DNA of 64,000 nt from a virus (Duplodnaviria; Caudoviricetes), in the IMG/VR virus record IMGVR_UViG_2875535316_000001, positions 1-64,000 of that record. One strand, 5' to 3'. The notes under the pieces are model-generated. The model was not told the DNA's origin, did no database searches, and saw only the letters and a list, made by a program, of their open reading frames with translations. Of this stretch, positions 48,601 through 58,608 are shown piece by piece. Both the position numbers and the translations under genes were made by a program. The stretch's first letter is position 1; every line of letters begins with the position of its first letter.

Positions 48601-49275
48601 GCGGCGCTCGCTGCGTTCGCGCTGAATTCGTTCTTCACGCGGATCGGCCACGGCTGGCGCTGGTGTGGCCAACGATGCAGGTGCGGGCGTGCCTGTAGCG
48701 GTGAAACGCCCCTGGTCATCGCGGGTCCGAGGTGAGGACGGCGGCAATCCAGGTGCTGCAGGAGCGGGAGCCGGGCCAGCCGCGGTCGGCGCCGGTACCG
48801 CATCCACCGACGGCGCCGAAGCGGGCGCGCTGACGGGTTCCCGCGCGGACGCTGGCACAGGAGCAACTGCAGGAGGCGCATTGCCGGGTGCTGGTGCCGC
48901 TGATTCAGGCGCTGCAGGGTTATGCGGCAGCGCGCCCGGCGCCACCTCGAGCGGGGGAATGTCCACGCCTACGGTAACGTTGATCGGCGCCAGCGGCGCG
49001 CCATCAGCTGCACCAGGTACTGCAGGGGTAACAGCATCACGCCCCGGGCCGGTGTCGCCTTCACGAGGCGGCATAGGCGGGCGGTTCGGCTCGGCGGGGG
49101 TGACGGAATCCAGGTTGCTCAGCGCGTCAGCCAGTTTGCCGAGCTGCTCGACCGTCTCCTGAGTGTCGCCACGGATTTCCCGCAGCAGTTCCAGTTCACG
49201 GCTGATCTTGTCCAGGTCATCGGTCAGGCGGGGGCCGACCAGGAAGCCCCCTGCGTCGTGATTGAGTTCAGCCAT
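45646..49275 (-). CDS. Tape measure-like protein (P1 Sit position) with GH19 lysozyme/chitinase domain
   Basis: Gly/Ala-rich TM segments and W-spaced repeats; HESGGF..EENLNYS..FRGRGDIQLTGR..NGGTNGL at about 46570-47060. Confidence 0.85.
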   Translation of the reverse strand: MAELNHDAGGFLVGPRLTDDLDKISRELELLREIRGDTQETVEQLGKLADALSNLDSVTPAEPNRPPMPPREGDTGPGRDAVTPAVPGAADGAPLAPINVTVGVDIPPLEVAPGALPHNPAAPESAAPAPGNAPPAVAPVPASAREPVSAPASAPSVDAVPAPTAAGPAPAPAAPGLPPSSPRTRDDQGRFTATGTPAPASLATPAPAVADPREERIQRERSERRRKDRARREAAGSPGSTTNAPGERQRGADGRFGSASPGDNGDKGESRSAKAMGAASESLKSAADGLASGADNVDPAVTAVKEIGGIVSPVMGAIKPLGRLFGMGRSPDDKRQRESVRWYRRIWGELREGNKRSGGRGMGLLLTGLLSMLGMLMAPLRALARITGLMRMAGALGGLAKGVGGLLGGRGRRGAPGRDGRRGGDGRGSRRDALSERGRRTAEARSVHRNPETGRFESRAGTGPGPGRDGQARRSGATRNRAGAGAADAGEDAAGASRAGRGAGTGRAGRFSGLAKAGKGLLTKLPVVGALLGAGLFASAAMAKDDPSATAEERQANKTDRWGTMGGVVGGVVGGALGMFGGPAGAVLGGVLGDQLGTTVGEWLSKVDMTGMMASVTGAWTAVADGATKMASDAFGAVKEGWNSVLAVGASTFANIGEWAKESWAKVADTFSAVKTKVVETFQDTRDTIRDKVQTAKDYVGEKAATVKDAGQNVLNTVTGGRYTGGSNARKDELIKAMDAGGITDPKSKAALMANVDHESGGFKSKEENLNYSAKRLQQVFPKYYKDAESARADANNPEAIANRVYGGRMGNKDPGDGFKFRGRGDIQLTGRDQYERMGKKLGIDLVNNPELASDPKYSAQIAVQHWKDSGANALAEKGDIRGARVRTNGGTNGLADVETKYDKYLAQAKVGDLTPTRQANEVRVAAPEPAMEAINSTMAAVKGKAGATQPAGPFAVAPGAAPAPSAGKAAIPGITPLVTPLAAAAATGQPGAAGADGAGAAGAPGAATTASLLTAVPDAAAAAGKAAIPGVTPLVLQPVVVGGTGAPGEGGKGGDGASTPAPVAAAPAAPGSAGVPATSTPALASATKLNTAQPVGVMPIPAASMAPVSPPANPGSVQAGAPAIMASTSAPASIPPLKVPNYSAPAPDAGQSRIPPTPQVPKPMAPASKAPAAPSAPIALPLTQNVSDRAIAHAATGGIGMGGFARSL

Positions 49276-50216
49276 CAGATGAACCCAACCACTCTCTGCA
49301 CCAGCTCGCGCCCACGCTGCAGAATGCCCTGGTCCTGCTTGGTTTTGGTGTCGGCCGGGCTGTCTTCATAGCCTGGCAGCGGCACTTCCATGTAGTGCCT
49401 GGCGCTGTCGAGCATCTGCGCGGTCTTGTCAGGATCGAACGTGTAACCGCGCTCGAGCACGGCGGCCGGGACGCTATCGAGCATGGCGCCAGGCGTCTGC
49501 CCCTTGTTGAGTGCCGAAATGCGCTCGAGCAGCTTGGCGTTCTGCTCATTCAGCTCGTCATTGATCTCGCACTGGCGCAGATATTCCTTACTGATGCCCT
49601 CGGCCAGGCCGTTCACTTCCTCCATGGCTTTCTCATTGGCCGCCAGGATACTGTCCACGCTGTCGAGCATGGCGCTGTATTCCTCGGCAAAACTCGACCC
49701 CTGCAGGGCGCCAGCGCTGGTGCTGTCCAGCATGGCGTCATAGCCGCGGTTGGTGTCGTAGTTCGGGCTCTTGACGAAGTCCATGCCGAAATAGTTCTTC
49801 GGGGTGCGCTTGCCGCTGATCAGCGGGGCGTAGAACACAGAGCTGAACCCGTAGGTTTTGCCCTGGTACAGACGCTGGGCGATGCGCCCGGACGCGGTTG
49901 GCAGGAACTCCTGCTGGTGCTCGACCGTGCCGTCTGGGTACGCCTTGATCATCACCGTCTTCACAGCCGGCTCAAGGGTGACGGTCTTGCCCGTCACTGG
50001 GTCAATGATCGCCTCGGGCAGGTCCAGGCCGTACTTTTCGCGGAACCCATGGCCCATGTAGCCGAAAATATCACCCTTGCGCACAGATTCCTGCACCACA
50101 GGGCCGTTCACGAGCAGGCACAGTGCGGGAATGTCGACCTCGCGGTCTACGCCAGTGAAGTCGCGCCCCCGTTCGTTTACGTTGTAGCGGATTACCTCGG
50201 TACGGTTGCGCATCAC
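49275..50216 (-). CDS. Prohead protease with coiled-coil scaffold-like C-terminus (P1 Pro-like)
   Basis: GYMGH, VEHQQEFL, YGFSS and GMDFV motifs; directly after portal. Confidence 0.8.
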   Translation of the reverse strand: MMRNRTEVIRYNVNERGRDFTGVDREVDIPALCLLVNGPVVQESVRKGDIFGYMGHGFREKYGLDLPEAIIDPVTGKTVTLEPAVKTVMIKAYPDGTVEHQQEFLPTASGRIAQRLYQGKTYGFSSVFYAPLISGKRTPKNYFGMDFVKSPNYDTNRGYDAMLDSTSAGALQGSSFAEEYSAMLDSVDSILAANEKAMEEVNGLAEGISKEYLRQCEINDELNEQNAKLLERISALNKGQTPGAMLDSVPAAVLERGYTFDPDKTAQMLDSARHYMEVPLPGYEDSPADTKTKQDQGILQRGRELVQRVVGFI

Positions 50217-51820
50217 TCGGCCTCGTCTTTCGTGTTCTGGGTAATGGCGCGCTCGGGCTCCATCGGTTCAAAGTCGTCTTCACCACCCCCGCCGAATCCG
50301 GGCATGCCAGGCGGCTCTGGGGGCTTGGCGTTCTTGAGGCCGTCGGCCAGGATCTTGGCGAAGTCGTGATCCAGCTCGACCTTGATGAACATTTGTTCGT
50401 TGGTTTCAGGCGGCAGGCCCATTTCACGCATCTGCGCCATCATCTGCACCAGCATCAAACCGCCGTTGATTGCCCGCTCACGGGAGGCCTGTTTCTCGGC
50501 CTCCAGCGCTGCGATCGAGCCGTAGAAGTTGATGACATACGGGCGCTCGTCGTCTGACCAGGTGCGGCCGTGCTTGGCGATCATGTGGCGGTCGATCGCG
50601 TCATTGCAGAAGGCAGTGAAGGCCGTGCGGATGATTCGGGAACCCTCGGCCCCCTGGCTGCTGGTGCGGTTGAACCCGCCTTCGCCCAGGCCGCCGGTCA
50701 GCTGATCGGCAAAGCCCACCATGGACAGGTCAATGCCCGCGGTACCGGCCAGCTTGCGGGCGTGAAACATCACGTCCTCGATGTTGGTACCGGCGCCGGA
50801 ATTGGATGTGCCCGTGAACGAGCTGACTTGTGTCAGCTGCTTTTCGTTGAAGGTGGGCATGATGTGGAAGTGGCGCGAAGTCGAGTAGCGGCCAGTGCGT
50901 ACCGCATCCTCGGCGCGTTGCTTCATGGTCTTGAGCATCTTTTCCAGGGAGCGCATGAAGCTCTCCTGCTGCTCGACCGTCATGTCGCTCATGTTGGCGC
51001 CGATCATCGTTTCATCGATCGAGCCGGCGATTCGCTGCCCCACCAGGCCGCGCAGGGCGGCTTCCAGGTTGTCGAAGTCTTCTTCGCAGGCCTCCAGCAG
51101 GGAACCGCCGATCAGCGCCGGCAGCGGCTGCATTTCTGCCGGGTCGTTCGTCTCCAGGTTGATCTTCTGGGCATTCTCCACAGCGCGCATCTGGGGCAGG
51201 TAGCCCATGCGCGGCATCTTCATGCGGATCATGTCCATGTGGCTGATACGGCTGGTCACCTTCTCGCCCAGCGCCACCACGTAGGTCACTGTCTGCCCCA
51301 GCACCTCATAGGGCTGCACCATGAACGGGAAGATATCCGCGCTCATGGCGTGGATGCCGTGCCCCTTGCGCGTATACAGCCGGGCGAAGGCATCGCCATA
51401 GCCTGCAGCGTTGAAGCACACCTGGTGGGCGTTCTGGTTGAAGAACTTGGCCAGCTCCTGCAGCTCAGCGACCATTTTCTTTTCGCCGGCAGTGGCGCCG
51501 GGCTTGGGCTCGATGAATACCGTTTCACCGGTCGTCTCGTGCCCACCCAGCGCCATCTGCACTTTCAGGCGCAGGATGGTGTGCATCAGGCCGGACTGCA
51601 CCATGTGGTGCCATTTGCGGTAGATATCGACGCGGGAGCGGGCTGGGCGGTCAGTGTTGCCCAGCAGCATTTCAACGCCCACGTAGTCGGCGTCAAAGGT
51701 GGATACAGAGCCTTGAATCTGGGGTTCAGCCACTTCGCCGAGCAGCAACTGCGCCGCGCTTCTGGTAGCGCTCGCCAGGCTGCTCAGTAGCTTGCGTTTG
51801 GGTTTCTGTTCGTCTGCCAT
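50213..51820 (-). CDS. Portal protein (P1 Prt-like)
   Basis: 535 aa; AAGYGDAFAR, NIEDVMFHARKLAG, LTGGLGEGGF. Confidence 0.85.
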   Translation of the reverse strand: MADEQKPKRKLLSSLASATRSAAQLLLGEVAEPQIQGSVSTFDADYVGVEMLLGNTDRPARSRVDIYRKWHHMVQSGLMHTILRLKVQMALGGHETTGETVFIEPKPGATAGEKKMVAELQELAKFFNQNAHQVCFNAAGYGDAFARLYTRKGHGIHAMSADIFPFMVQPYEVLGQTVTYVVALGEKVTSRISHMDMIRMKMPRMGYLPQMRAVENAQKINLETNDPAEMQPLPALIGGSLLEACEEDFDNLEAALRGLVGQRIAGSIDETMIGANMSDMTVEQQESFMRSLEKMLKTMKQRAEDAVRTGRYSTSRHFHIMPTFNEKQLTQVSSFTGTSNSGAGTNIEDVMFHARKLAGTAGIDLSMVGFADQLTGGLGEGGFNRTSSQGAEGSRIIRTAFTAFCNDAIDRHMIAKHGRTWSDDERPYVINFYGSIAALEAEKQASRERAINGGLMLVQMMAQMREMGLPPETNEQMFIKVELDHDFAKILADGLKNAKPPEPPGMPGFGGGGEDDFEPMEPERAITQNTKDEAE

Positions 51821-51851
51821 GGTGGGTACGCGGTAGGCCTATTTGGGCACC

Positions 51852-51894
51852 AGCGTACCGGCGCCAAAACGCCCAAAATCCGGGCGCTTTGCGC
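51852..51894 (-). promoter_or_regulatory. Late-type promoter, portal operon
   Basis: GCGCAAA-N30-TACGCT. Confidence 0.7.
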
Positions 51895-51908
51895 GCTTTT
51901 CACCCCAC

Positions 51909-52424
51909 TTAAAGCCCCTGCGTGGCGGCCTCGTCGGGGCGCGGATTGAGCAGGTATTTGCGGGTGTATGGCGAGATGTTCAGGTGACCGGTCACCCCGA
52001 CAATCTCGAAGTTGACGATGACGCCACCGCCCACCAGTACCGCCACCAGCATGCGCTTGTCGGGCAGCACGTACTTGTCGGTACCGGGATCGGCCACTGG
52101 CTCGATCGAGGCCTCTAACACGCCCTCGGAATAGTCCAGGTACGCGCCATCGTCGGAGGTGTTGCCCAGCGGGGCCGCGTAGCCCTGCGAGAAGTGAATG
52201 ACGGCCTCACAGGCCTCCACCCAGGTGTAATTCACCTCGTCCTCGTCGGACAGCACCTTTGCGCCGCCCAGGGTGCCCGGCTCGTCCTCGTCGTCGTAGG
52301 GGTCCGGCGTGGCGTTGGTGCGCTCCACCTGCTTGGTGAACAGCACACAGTCCAGTCGATTGGGCTCGCGCAGGGTGCGCTGGCGGTTGGCGCGATTTAC
52401 GGTAATCGCCACTCTATTCAGCAT
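51909..52424 (-). CDS. Putative head-closure/neck protein (P1 gp7 position)
   Basis: GAGG RBS; third gene of a 26-25-7-like operon. Confidence 0.5.
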   Translation of the reverse strand: MLNRVAITVNRANRQRTLREPNRLDCVLFTKQVERTNATPDPYDDEDEPGTLGGAKVLSDEDEVNYTWVEACEAVIHFSQGYAAPLGNTSDDGAYLDYSEGVLEASIEPVADPGTDKYVLPDKRMLVAVLVGGGVIVNFEIVGVTGHLNISPYTRKYLLNPRPDEAATQGL

Positions 52425-52426
52425 GG

Positions 52427-53506
52427 TTACCTCTGGGCCTGGTCAGCTGCAGCAATAGCGGCCATGGCAGCTTCCCGCCCGTAACCCATCGCCATCAGCG
52501 TCTTGATTTTCTGGTCAAACGACACGGTTTTGTTGACCTTGTCCTTGTGTTTCTGGCGCACCTGGTCGTTTGCTGCCTTGATCCGCTCAGCTGCTCGGCG
52601 CTGCTGTGCGGGCTGCGCCTGCCGCGCGTTGCGGCGTTCTTCCGAACTGGTGATGTTCCTATCGCGTTTGCGCGCTTTAAGCGCCTGATCGAGGAACTTC
52701 TGCTGGTCGGCCACCGACACGTTCTGGGCTTTGTTGCTCAGCGTTTTGCGGCCGTTCTCGATCATGCGCTGGGCAAACATCTGGAACGTTGGGCCGTGGG
52801 TAATAACCGCCATCACGCGCAGGACGTGCTTACACGCCAGCCCGAACAGCTTGGGGTTTCGGACCTTGGGGAAACCGTCCTCGGCGCGGCCGTAGTTGAA
52901 GTTGCCGATCGTAGCGATGTAGCGGAACCAGAACGTATGCCGGCCACAGTCGCAGTCAAACTTCACCTTGCCGGCGGCCATCTGCTTGGCCGCTTCCTTG
53001 ACCGGTAGACCGCCCGCCAGCGCCGCGTCGTAGCCCATGAACTGGACGTGAACGTGGTGGCGCTGTACGTCGGAGTTGGGGCCGGCATTGGTCTGGAAGT
53101 GCACCACGCCCGCGCGGTTGACCACCGGCACGGCCATGTGAATTTCCTTGGTACCGCGCTGGCGGTCCTCCGGCCGGGACAGGTCAATCACCTGCTTGGG
53201 CAGGATGCCGCCAGCGGCGCCGGTGGGCTTACCGCCCTTGTACTGGCCATGCTTGTGCTGGATATCCCGCACTGCAGCCTTGAACGCCAGAATGTCGTCG
53301 GCGGTAAGCATCCGGGGCTTGCCGTCGATGGTGGTGAACAGTCCGCGGCTGGGGTCATACAGCCCCGACAGGTCGTCGGCACTGAGGATGACGTCTTGAT
53401 CACTCAGGCGCCGATTCAGGTCGTATTCAAAGGCCTTACGCGCTTCCTTGCCCGACTTGGCGGCACTCTGGATGAAGTCGGGGCGCAGGGGCTTCTTCGC
53501 AGCCAT
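52427..53506 (-). CDS. SWIM-type zinc-finger protein (P1 gp25 position)
   Basis: FDCDCGRHTFWFRY..FPKVRNP..ACKHVL. Confidence 0.7.
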   Translation of the reverse strand: MAAKKPLRPDFIQSAAKSGKEARKAFEYDLNRRLSDQDVILSADDLSGLYDPSRGLFTTIDGKPRMLTADDILAFKAAVRDIQHKHGQYKGGKPTGAAGGILPKQVIDLSRPEDRQRGTKEIHMAVPVVNRAGVVHFQTNAGPNSDVQRHHVHVQFMGYDAALAGGLPVKEAAKQMAAGKVKFDCDCGRHTFWFRYIATIGNFNYGRAEDGFPKVRNPKLFGLACKHVLRVMAVITHGPTFQMFAQRMIENGRKTLSNKAQNVSVADQQKFLDQALKARKRDRNITSSEERRNARQAQPAQQRRAAERIKAANDQVRQKHKDKVNKTVSFDQKIKTLMAMGYGREAAMAAIAAADQAQR

Positions 53507-53802
53507 CAGCGCACCGTCCTGGTCACTGAGCTGAGCCCGCATTTCTCTTTGAGGTAGCGCAGGTGCTCCAGGGTGGGCAGCACCAGGTCTTGCTCAATCA
53601 GCTCAGAATTGACGGTGGCCAGCCCAGCGGCTGCCATGATGGCCAGCGTTTCCTCGGGATCGCCGTACACACGGCGCGCCACCAGGGTCAGGTCATAGCG
53701 CTCGCTGGGGAATGTCCGCACCACCTGGCGCAGGCTCGAATAGGACGGCTCTGTTACGGCGAACAGGCGCACCTCTCGATAGAACCTCGATACCTCGATC
53801 AC
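53506..53802 (-). CDS. Baseplate LysM/gpX-like protein (P1 gp26-like)
   Basis: ERYDLTLVARRVYGD..AAAGL. Confidence 0.7.
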   Translation of the reverse strand: MIEVSRFYREVRLFAVTEPSYSSLRQVVRTFPSERYDLTLVARRVYGDPEETLAIMAAAGLATVNSELIEQDLVLPTLEHLRYLKEKCGLSSVTRTVR

Positions 53803-53834
53803 AGAAAACCCCCGTCACGTTATCGCACGGGGGA

Positions 53835-53877
53835 ATTGTCACAGCAGCGGCGAGGTTGACCTGGTGAGGGTTTGCGC
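53835..53877 (-). promoter_or_regulatory. Late-type promoter
   Basis: GCGCAAA-N30-GACAAT. Confidence 0.7.
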
Positions 53878-53888
53878 GGCTGGGCGCG

Positions 53889-54965
53889 TCATTCGACCTC
53901 GGGCGGGGTCGGATTCGCCCACTTGAGGGCGACATTGCGGTGCACCATGCTGAGCACGGGCCCTTCTACGCCGTCCTCTTCGGCAAGGTGGTACTCGGGC
54001 AGGGTGTTGCTGGCGATGATTTCGCGCAGCATGCGGGTGAACTCTTTGTACTTGGAGGTGCTGCCGCTGCGGGCGTAAATGGTCTTGAAGCCCCAGCGGG
54101 CGCTGTCCTTGCCCGCAGCCTTGCGCGCCAGCCGGTACAGGAAGCGCTCAATGCCGGATTCCATCAGGAAGTAGTCCGGGTGCACGGTCAGTACGTCAGG
54201 CTTGGCGCCACTGGTGATTTCGTCATACATCCAGTTGGCCAGACGGAACTCTACGTACTCGACCTTTTTGGTCGCGGCGTTACTGATCACGCGGGTACCG
54301 TGGATCAGCGGGTCGCCGTTGTTGACTATCTTCGACTCGCCAGCACGGGTAATCGTCCGCTCGACAGCGACGTGCGTAGTGCCCAAGCGGTTGAGCGCGT
54401 CTACCACGAAGTCTTTCTGGTTGCCGCCGTTGTTCTTCCGGCAGAACTTGAGCACCTCGGTGACGTGGGGCCGGAAGGTCTGTGGGGGGATTTCGTCGAG
54501 CTGGCCGTCTGCGAACTTGTTCATGGCCTCGGTGAGGTGCGATATCGCCATCAGCACCAGGTCGTAGTCCCATACCGATGCCATGCCATACGGGCCAGAT
54601 GTGACCTGCACGTAACCGTCGGGCAGCTCGTAGCGCATCACCTCGTTGGCGCGCTTCTCCCGCTTCGATAGGCGATATACAGCCACGTCCATGATCCCGC
54701 GGTTATCTTTCGCCCCCACGTCGTACAGCATGGGTGCAAAGAAGTCGGGCTGTTCTGCCCCGCGCGCTTTCTTCTTCGCGGCTGGGCGCTTGGGCGTGAC
54801 GGTGACAGATTTGCTCTCAGGTGGCGCTGGTGGCTTGCTCTGGGGCTGCCCCATACCTTCCAGCAGGTCGCCCTGGGTGGCGCGCTCGCGCTTCCTGGTC
54901 GCCTGCTTTTCCTGCAGCGCCTTCACCGCCTTCGCGCGGGCGTTGGGTTCCATGGTGGCTGACAT
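53889..54965 (-). CDS. repA: Plasmid replication initiator, RPA family (start uncertain, 54953-54971)
   Basis: QPDFF, YGMASVWDYDLV, VLTVHPDYF, ERFLYRLARK..W motifs; adjacent iterons. Confidence 0.88.
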   Translation of the reverse strand: MSATMEPNARAKAVKALQEKQATRKRERATQGDLLEGMGQPQSKPPAPPESKSVTVTPKRPAAKKKARGAEQPDFFAPMLYDVGAKDNRGIMDVAVYRLSKREKRANEVMRYELPDGYVQVTSGPYGMASVWDYDLVLMAISHLTEAMNKFADGQLDEIPPQTFRPHVTEVLKFCRKNNGGNQKDFVVDALNRLGTTHVAVERTITRAGESKIVNNGDPLIHGTRVISNAATKKVEYVEFRLANWMYDEITSGAKPDVLTVHPDYFLMESGIERFLYRLARKAAGKDSARWGFKTIYARSGSTSKYKEFTRMLREIIASNTLPEYHLAEEDGVEGPVLSMVHRNVALKWANPTPPEVE

Positions 54966-55044
54966 TGGCAATCTCTATATCTGGCTGTGCATGGATGATA
55001 GGTGCTTGTATTGGCTCAGAAAAGCCGGCGGACAAATTGGTGGT

Positions 55045-55272
55045 GGTGTGTAAATTACGGATTTAGCAGTGGCGCCATGCTGGCAGGCCCAGCAATTACG
55101 GGGACTTGGTGGTGTTTTTGGGGTACCAAAAACGGTCCAACAACCGCCAATTCCGTAATTTACCCACCCGCACGGACAAAAATGGGCTGGGCCGGCGTAA
55201 TTTACCCACCAAACCCAGTAATTCACCCACCCGAAAAAGTAATTTACCCACCGAAAACGTAATTTACCCACC
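55045..55272. repeat. Iterons of the plasmid origin
   Basis: GTAATT(T/C)ACCCACC at 55155, 55197, 55218, 55239 and 55259 (spacing 42/21/21/20), plus an inverted variant at 55045-55058. Confidence 0.9.
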
Positions 55273-55319
55273 CACCCACAGGGTTGCGCACAAGCCGCGC
55301 GCCCCGTGGGCTATAGCCT

Positions 55320-55390
55320 GTAACCACTTATTCACAATGCCCAAAACATATATAAAACGGTGGTTAAAACTACAAAGCTTTTATATAGGG
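55320..55390. other. AT-rich unwinding region with a DnaA box
   Basis: TTATTCACA at 55328-55336 (TTATNCACA consensus) in an AT-rich tract next to the iterons. Confidence 0.7.
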
Positions 55391-55435
55391 CTTGGAGGTT
55401 GAATTTCTCAGCCCTCGCCAGCCTGCTCGAAGGCG

Positions 55436-55924
55436 TCAGTCATCATCACTTTCCCGCTGTGTAATGGTCATGGTGAGGGGAAACTTGTTGAAGACCGTTT
55501 GTGCCGCCAGCAGGCCAAGGCGCATACCCTTGGCCATGTCCTCATTGAGCTGCACAGAAGCGTCTTCCCCCTGCAGCTGAATGAGCGTACCCGCCTTGGC
55601 GCACGGCATCATGTCGGCCAACTGCTTCACCCGCACATCAAACCAACGCTCCAGGAAACGAACACCTTCAACGGAGTCAGGCAGGTGCATCACGCGCCCC
55701 ACCAGGTTAACCAGCTCCTGCTCTAACCGCTCGTGCTCAAGCTGGGCTTCTTCGCTGGCGCTGGGGAAGTCTGCTTTGCTCCAGGCATCGGCCACGTCAC
55801 GGTGCATTTCCATGACTTCTTCCAAGATCGCCTGGCGGCCGGCCTCGGTCAGTTGCCTGGGGTCAGTACCAGGAAGGCGTCCAAAGTCGATTACCTGGGC
55901 ATTGGTATTGTTTTCCATGCTCAT
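55436..55924 (-). CDS. Hypothetical protein
   Basis: Coupled to the ndpA stop; coding-like composition. Confidence 0.7.
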   Translation of the reverse strand: MSMENNTNAQVIDFGRLPGTDPRQLTEAGRQAILEEVMEMHRDVADAWSKADFPSASEEAQLEHERLEQELVNLVGRVMHLPDSVEGVRFLERWFDVRVKQLADMMPCAKAGTLIQLQGEDASVQLNEDMAKGMRLGLLAAQTVFNKFPLTMTITQRESDDD

Positions 55925-56937
55925 ACAGCCTCTGGCTCAGCGCGCTTGAGCTGGTCGCTCAGGGCGGTAGGCAGGTTACGGATGGTCAGGGCATTGGCTT
56001 CGCGGTCGAACTCGACACGATCGCCCAGCAGGTGCTGCTCGAAGCTGATCGACAGGCCCTCAGCACGGCCGGTGAAGCGGCGGAACTGGTTGAGTGTGCG
56101 CTTATCCGCGGGAATCTCGGCCGACAGGCCGTAGTCGGCGTTACGGATGAACTCCGCGAAGTTCTGCGGGCGATCCTCGTCGAGCAGCTCGGACAGCTCT
56201 TTGACGGTCACAGGCTCGCCCACCTTGATCTGGTTGGCGGTGTACTCGACCAGGGCGGCCGTCTTCTCGCGCGCCGAATCCTCGGGCAGGTCTTCCTGCT
56301 CCACGTAGTCGCTGAACGCCTTGAGCAGGGTGCGCGTCTCACCCGGGCCGTCTACGCCTTCCTGGCAGCCGATGAAGTCACGGAAGTAGTCCGACAGCTT
56401 GCGGCCGTTCTTGCCCTTGATGAACGAAATGTACTGGCGCGATGCCGGGTTGTTCTTCCATTCGCTCAGGTTGATACGGGCCGCCAGGTGGATCTTGGAC
56501 AGGTCCAGGTGGCGCGAAGGTACGACCTTGAGGTCATGCGTCACCACAACGCTGTCAGCCTGCTGCAGGAGCGCGATCGTCAGGTAGTCGGTCATGCCCA
56601 CCTGCTGGTGCGCAAAGACGACGTGGCCACCGCTCGACAGATTCGATTCCTCCATCAGCTTGGTCAAATGCTCGGCCGCCTCACGGGTGAACGCCACGAA
56701 GTCGCTCTGGCCGTCCAGGTAGGCATTGAGCCAGCGGGTCAGCGGGTAGGCGCCAGACTCAGGGTGGAAGAAGCCCCACGCCTTGCCCTGCTTGCTGTTG
56801 TAGGTGTCGCCCAGGTCGAACAGCATGTTTTCGATGGCATCAGTGGCAGGCAGTACCTGGTCGCTCAGGTGAAGCGCTGCAGGGCTGCCGTCTGGTTTCT
56901 TGTCCACCAGGTGGATGATCAGGTTTTTGATAGGCAT
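55921..56937 (-). CDS. ndpA: Nucleoid-associated protein NdpA/YejK
   Basis: [47 protein letters not shown]. Confidence 0.93.
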   Translation of the reverse strand: MPIKNLIIHLVDKKPDGSPAALHLSDQVLPATDAIENMLFDLGDTYNSKQGKAWGFFHPESGAYPLTRWLNAYLDGQSDFVAFTREAAEHLTKLMEESNLSSGGHVVFAHQQVGMTDYLTIALLQQADSVVVTHDLKVVPSRHLDLSKIHLAARINLSEWKNNPASRQYISFIKGKNGRKLSDYFRDFIGCQEGVDGPGETRTLLKAFSDYVEQEDLPEDSAREKTAALVEYTANQIKVGEPVTVKELSELLDEDRPQNFAEFIRNADYGLSAEIPADKRTLNQFRRFTGRAEGLSISFEQHLLGDRVEFDREANALTIRNLPTALSDQLKRAEPEAV

Positions 56938-56947
56938 TGCGGTGTCC

Positions 56948-57406
56948 TCAGTGCGTAGCGGGGGCAGTACCGCCCGCAAGAATGGTTGCTACCCGTGCCA
57001 GCGCTTGGCGCTTCTGGGCGTCTCGGCGTTGTTTCACGTCCTGGCGCAGCGCTTCCAGGCCTACCAGGTGCGCATAGGCCTGGTCGGAGGTTTCAGGCGT
57101 CACGTAGGCGATCAGGAAGCTGTTGATCAGGCTCTTGAGCAAGCCGGCGGTGTCGTGGTTCTTGACGGCAGACACCACGCACAGCTGCTCCAGCGATACG
57201 GCTGGGGTCATCTGCAGGAAGTGCAAGCCGACACGCTGGCCAATGTCGATCATGGCCTTACGGACGTATTCGGCATTCGCCACGGTGTCGCCGCCCAGCT
57301 CAAGGCGGCGGCCGGTCAGCACGCCCATTGGCATGGCGGCCAGCTCGGCCAGCTTGGCGTCTACGGCAGCTTCAATCTCGGCGGTGTAGTCGCTGGCGCT
57401 GGTCAT
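56948..57406 (-). CDS. Hypothetical protein
   Basis: Coupled ORF in the early operon. Confidence 0.65.
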   Translation of the reverse strand: MTSASDYTAEIEAAVDAKLAELAAMPMGVLTGRRLELGGDTVANAEYVRKAMIDIGQRVGLHFLQMTPAVSLEQLCVVSAVKNHDTAGLLKSLINSFLIAYVTPETSDQAYAHLVGLEALRQDVKQRRDAQKRQALARVATILAGGTAPATH

Positions 57407-57900
57407 TCCTGGCTGTCCTCAGCCACACCAAACACAGGACGCGCCAGCAGCGCTTCCAGGGCCAGCTCCAGGGTTACCCCGGAGCCCTTGCCGCGCCCCT
57501 CGCAGTAGTTACTCAACGTTTGGCGGGTGACGCCCACGCGATCGGCCACAGACGCCTGGGTCATATCGAACTTCGACATGATCTGACGGACCAGGCGCGA
57601 AATACGCTGGGGCTGGGTAGGACGCGGGGCAAACGCGAGCCGCTCCTCCCACCACTGGTAATCCTCGGGGGCAAGGCGCTTGGCCTCTTCTTCTACCCAC
57701 TGCAACAGTGCCGGTTCTTCTTCGTAGTAAATCTCTACGGTGCTCCAGGCGCCATCGGCGAAGCGCTCAAGCTGCAGCTTGTCGCTACGGGCGGCTATCC
57801 GGGACAGCTCGACCTTGTACAGGATCGTCTCAAAGAGAGGCTGGATTACGAGGGCGCTACCCATGAGTTCCACGGTGCCCATTGGTTCTTTATCTGACAT
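57403..57900 (-). CDS. Protein with C-terminal XRE/Cro HTH
   Basis: MTQASVADRVGVTRQTLSNYCEG; ATG 57900 with AAGGA RBS. Confidence 0.8.
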   Translation of the reverse strand: MSDKEPMGTVELMGSALVIQPLFETILYKVELSRIAARSDKLQLERFADGAWSTVEIYYEEEPALLQWVEEEAKRLAPEDYQWWEERLAFAPRPTQPQRISRLVRQIMSKFDMTQASVADRVGVTRQTLSNYCEGRGKGSGVTLELALEALLARPVFGVAEDSQE

Positions 57901-57982
57901 GGCTGATTCCTTGTGTAGGCCGGGTGCAATCCCCGGCACTGGCAAACCCCCAGTGAAGGGGGTTGCGGGTTAGGGATGGCGC

Positions 57983-58375
57983 TCAGTCGCCTGGCGACAG
58001 GCTGCTGCCGGATGCCTTGCGCAACTCTTCGGCACAAAGCTCGCGAATCTCGAAGTACGCGTCTCCGCCCAGTGGCGCGCCTGCGGCAAAGATCAACGCA
58101 TTTATCTTGATCAGCTTGGCGCGCAACCGCTCAACCTCGCCCAACTGCTCAAGATGCCGGCGAGCGTACTCAGTGTTTGCAGCGACAAGCTGTTCAACTA
58201 CTGCGGCGCCGTAAAGCGGAAGCGTTACAACCTTGAAATCTTCGCTGTGGTCCACGCCGGGCTTACCGAACACTGGGCCGTCATGGTCGGCAATGATGGT
58301 GTTTACCACCTGGCCGAAATCGTTGTGCAGGTTGTGTTCGTACCATGCAGGTTTCTGGGTGCCTGGGAGGCTCAT
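57983..58375 (-). CDS. Hypothetical protein
   Basis: ATGA-coupled to the upstream ORF. Confidence 0.6.
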   Translation of the reverse strand: MSLPGTQKPAWYEHNLHNDFGQVVNTIIADHDGPVFGKPGVDHSEDFKVVTLPLYGAAVVEQLVAANTEYARRHLEQLGEVERLRAKLIKINALIFAAGAPLGGDAYFEIRELCAEELRKASGSSLSPGD

Positions 58376-58608
58376 GCTTGCTTCTCCGGGTGCGGTTCGA
58401 TCGCTGGCGGCAACTGCTCCAGCAGGTCATTGATGAAGGTTTCTTGCGTTTTGACGTGCTCGAGCAGCTCGAGCAGCCGTGTGTTGGCTTCCTGCAGGAG
58501 GACACCAGCTTTCGCCAGCGCAGCCTTGGCGCCAGCCAGGCGCATGGCCTGGTAGACGATCACGGCGAGCAGGACCAAATTCATTACGGTTGCTGGCTCT
58601 ATGCTCAT
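58372..58608 (-). CDS. Small membrane-anchored coiled-coil protein
   Basis: N-terminal hydrophobic segment; ATGA coupling on both sides. Confidence 0.6.
   Translation of the reverse strand: MSIEPATVMNLVLLAVIVYQAMRLAGAKAALAKAGVLLQEANTRLLELLEHVKTQETFINDLLEQLPPAIEPHPEKQA

Noticed and set aside
55155-55272. Short direct repeats as a possible CRISPR array
   Set aside because: 14-bp units at about 21-bp spacing, no spacer-length unique sequences, no cas genes; adjacent to repA, so iterons
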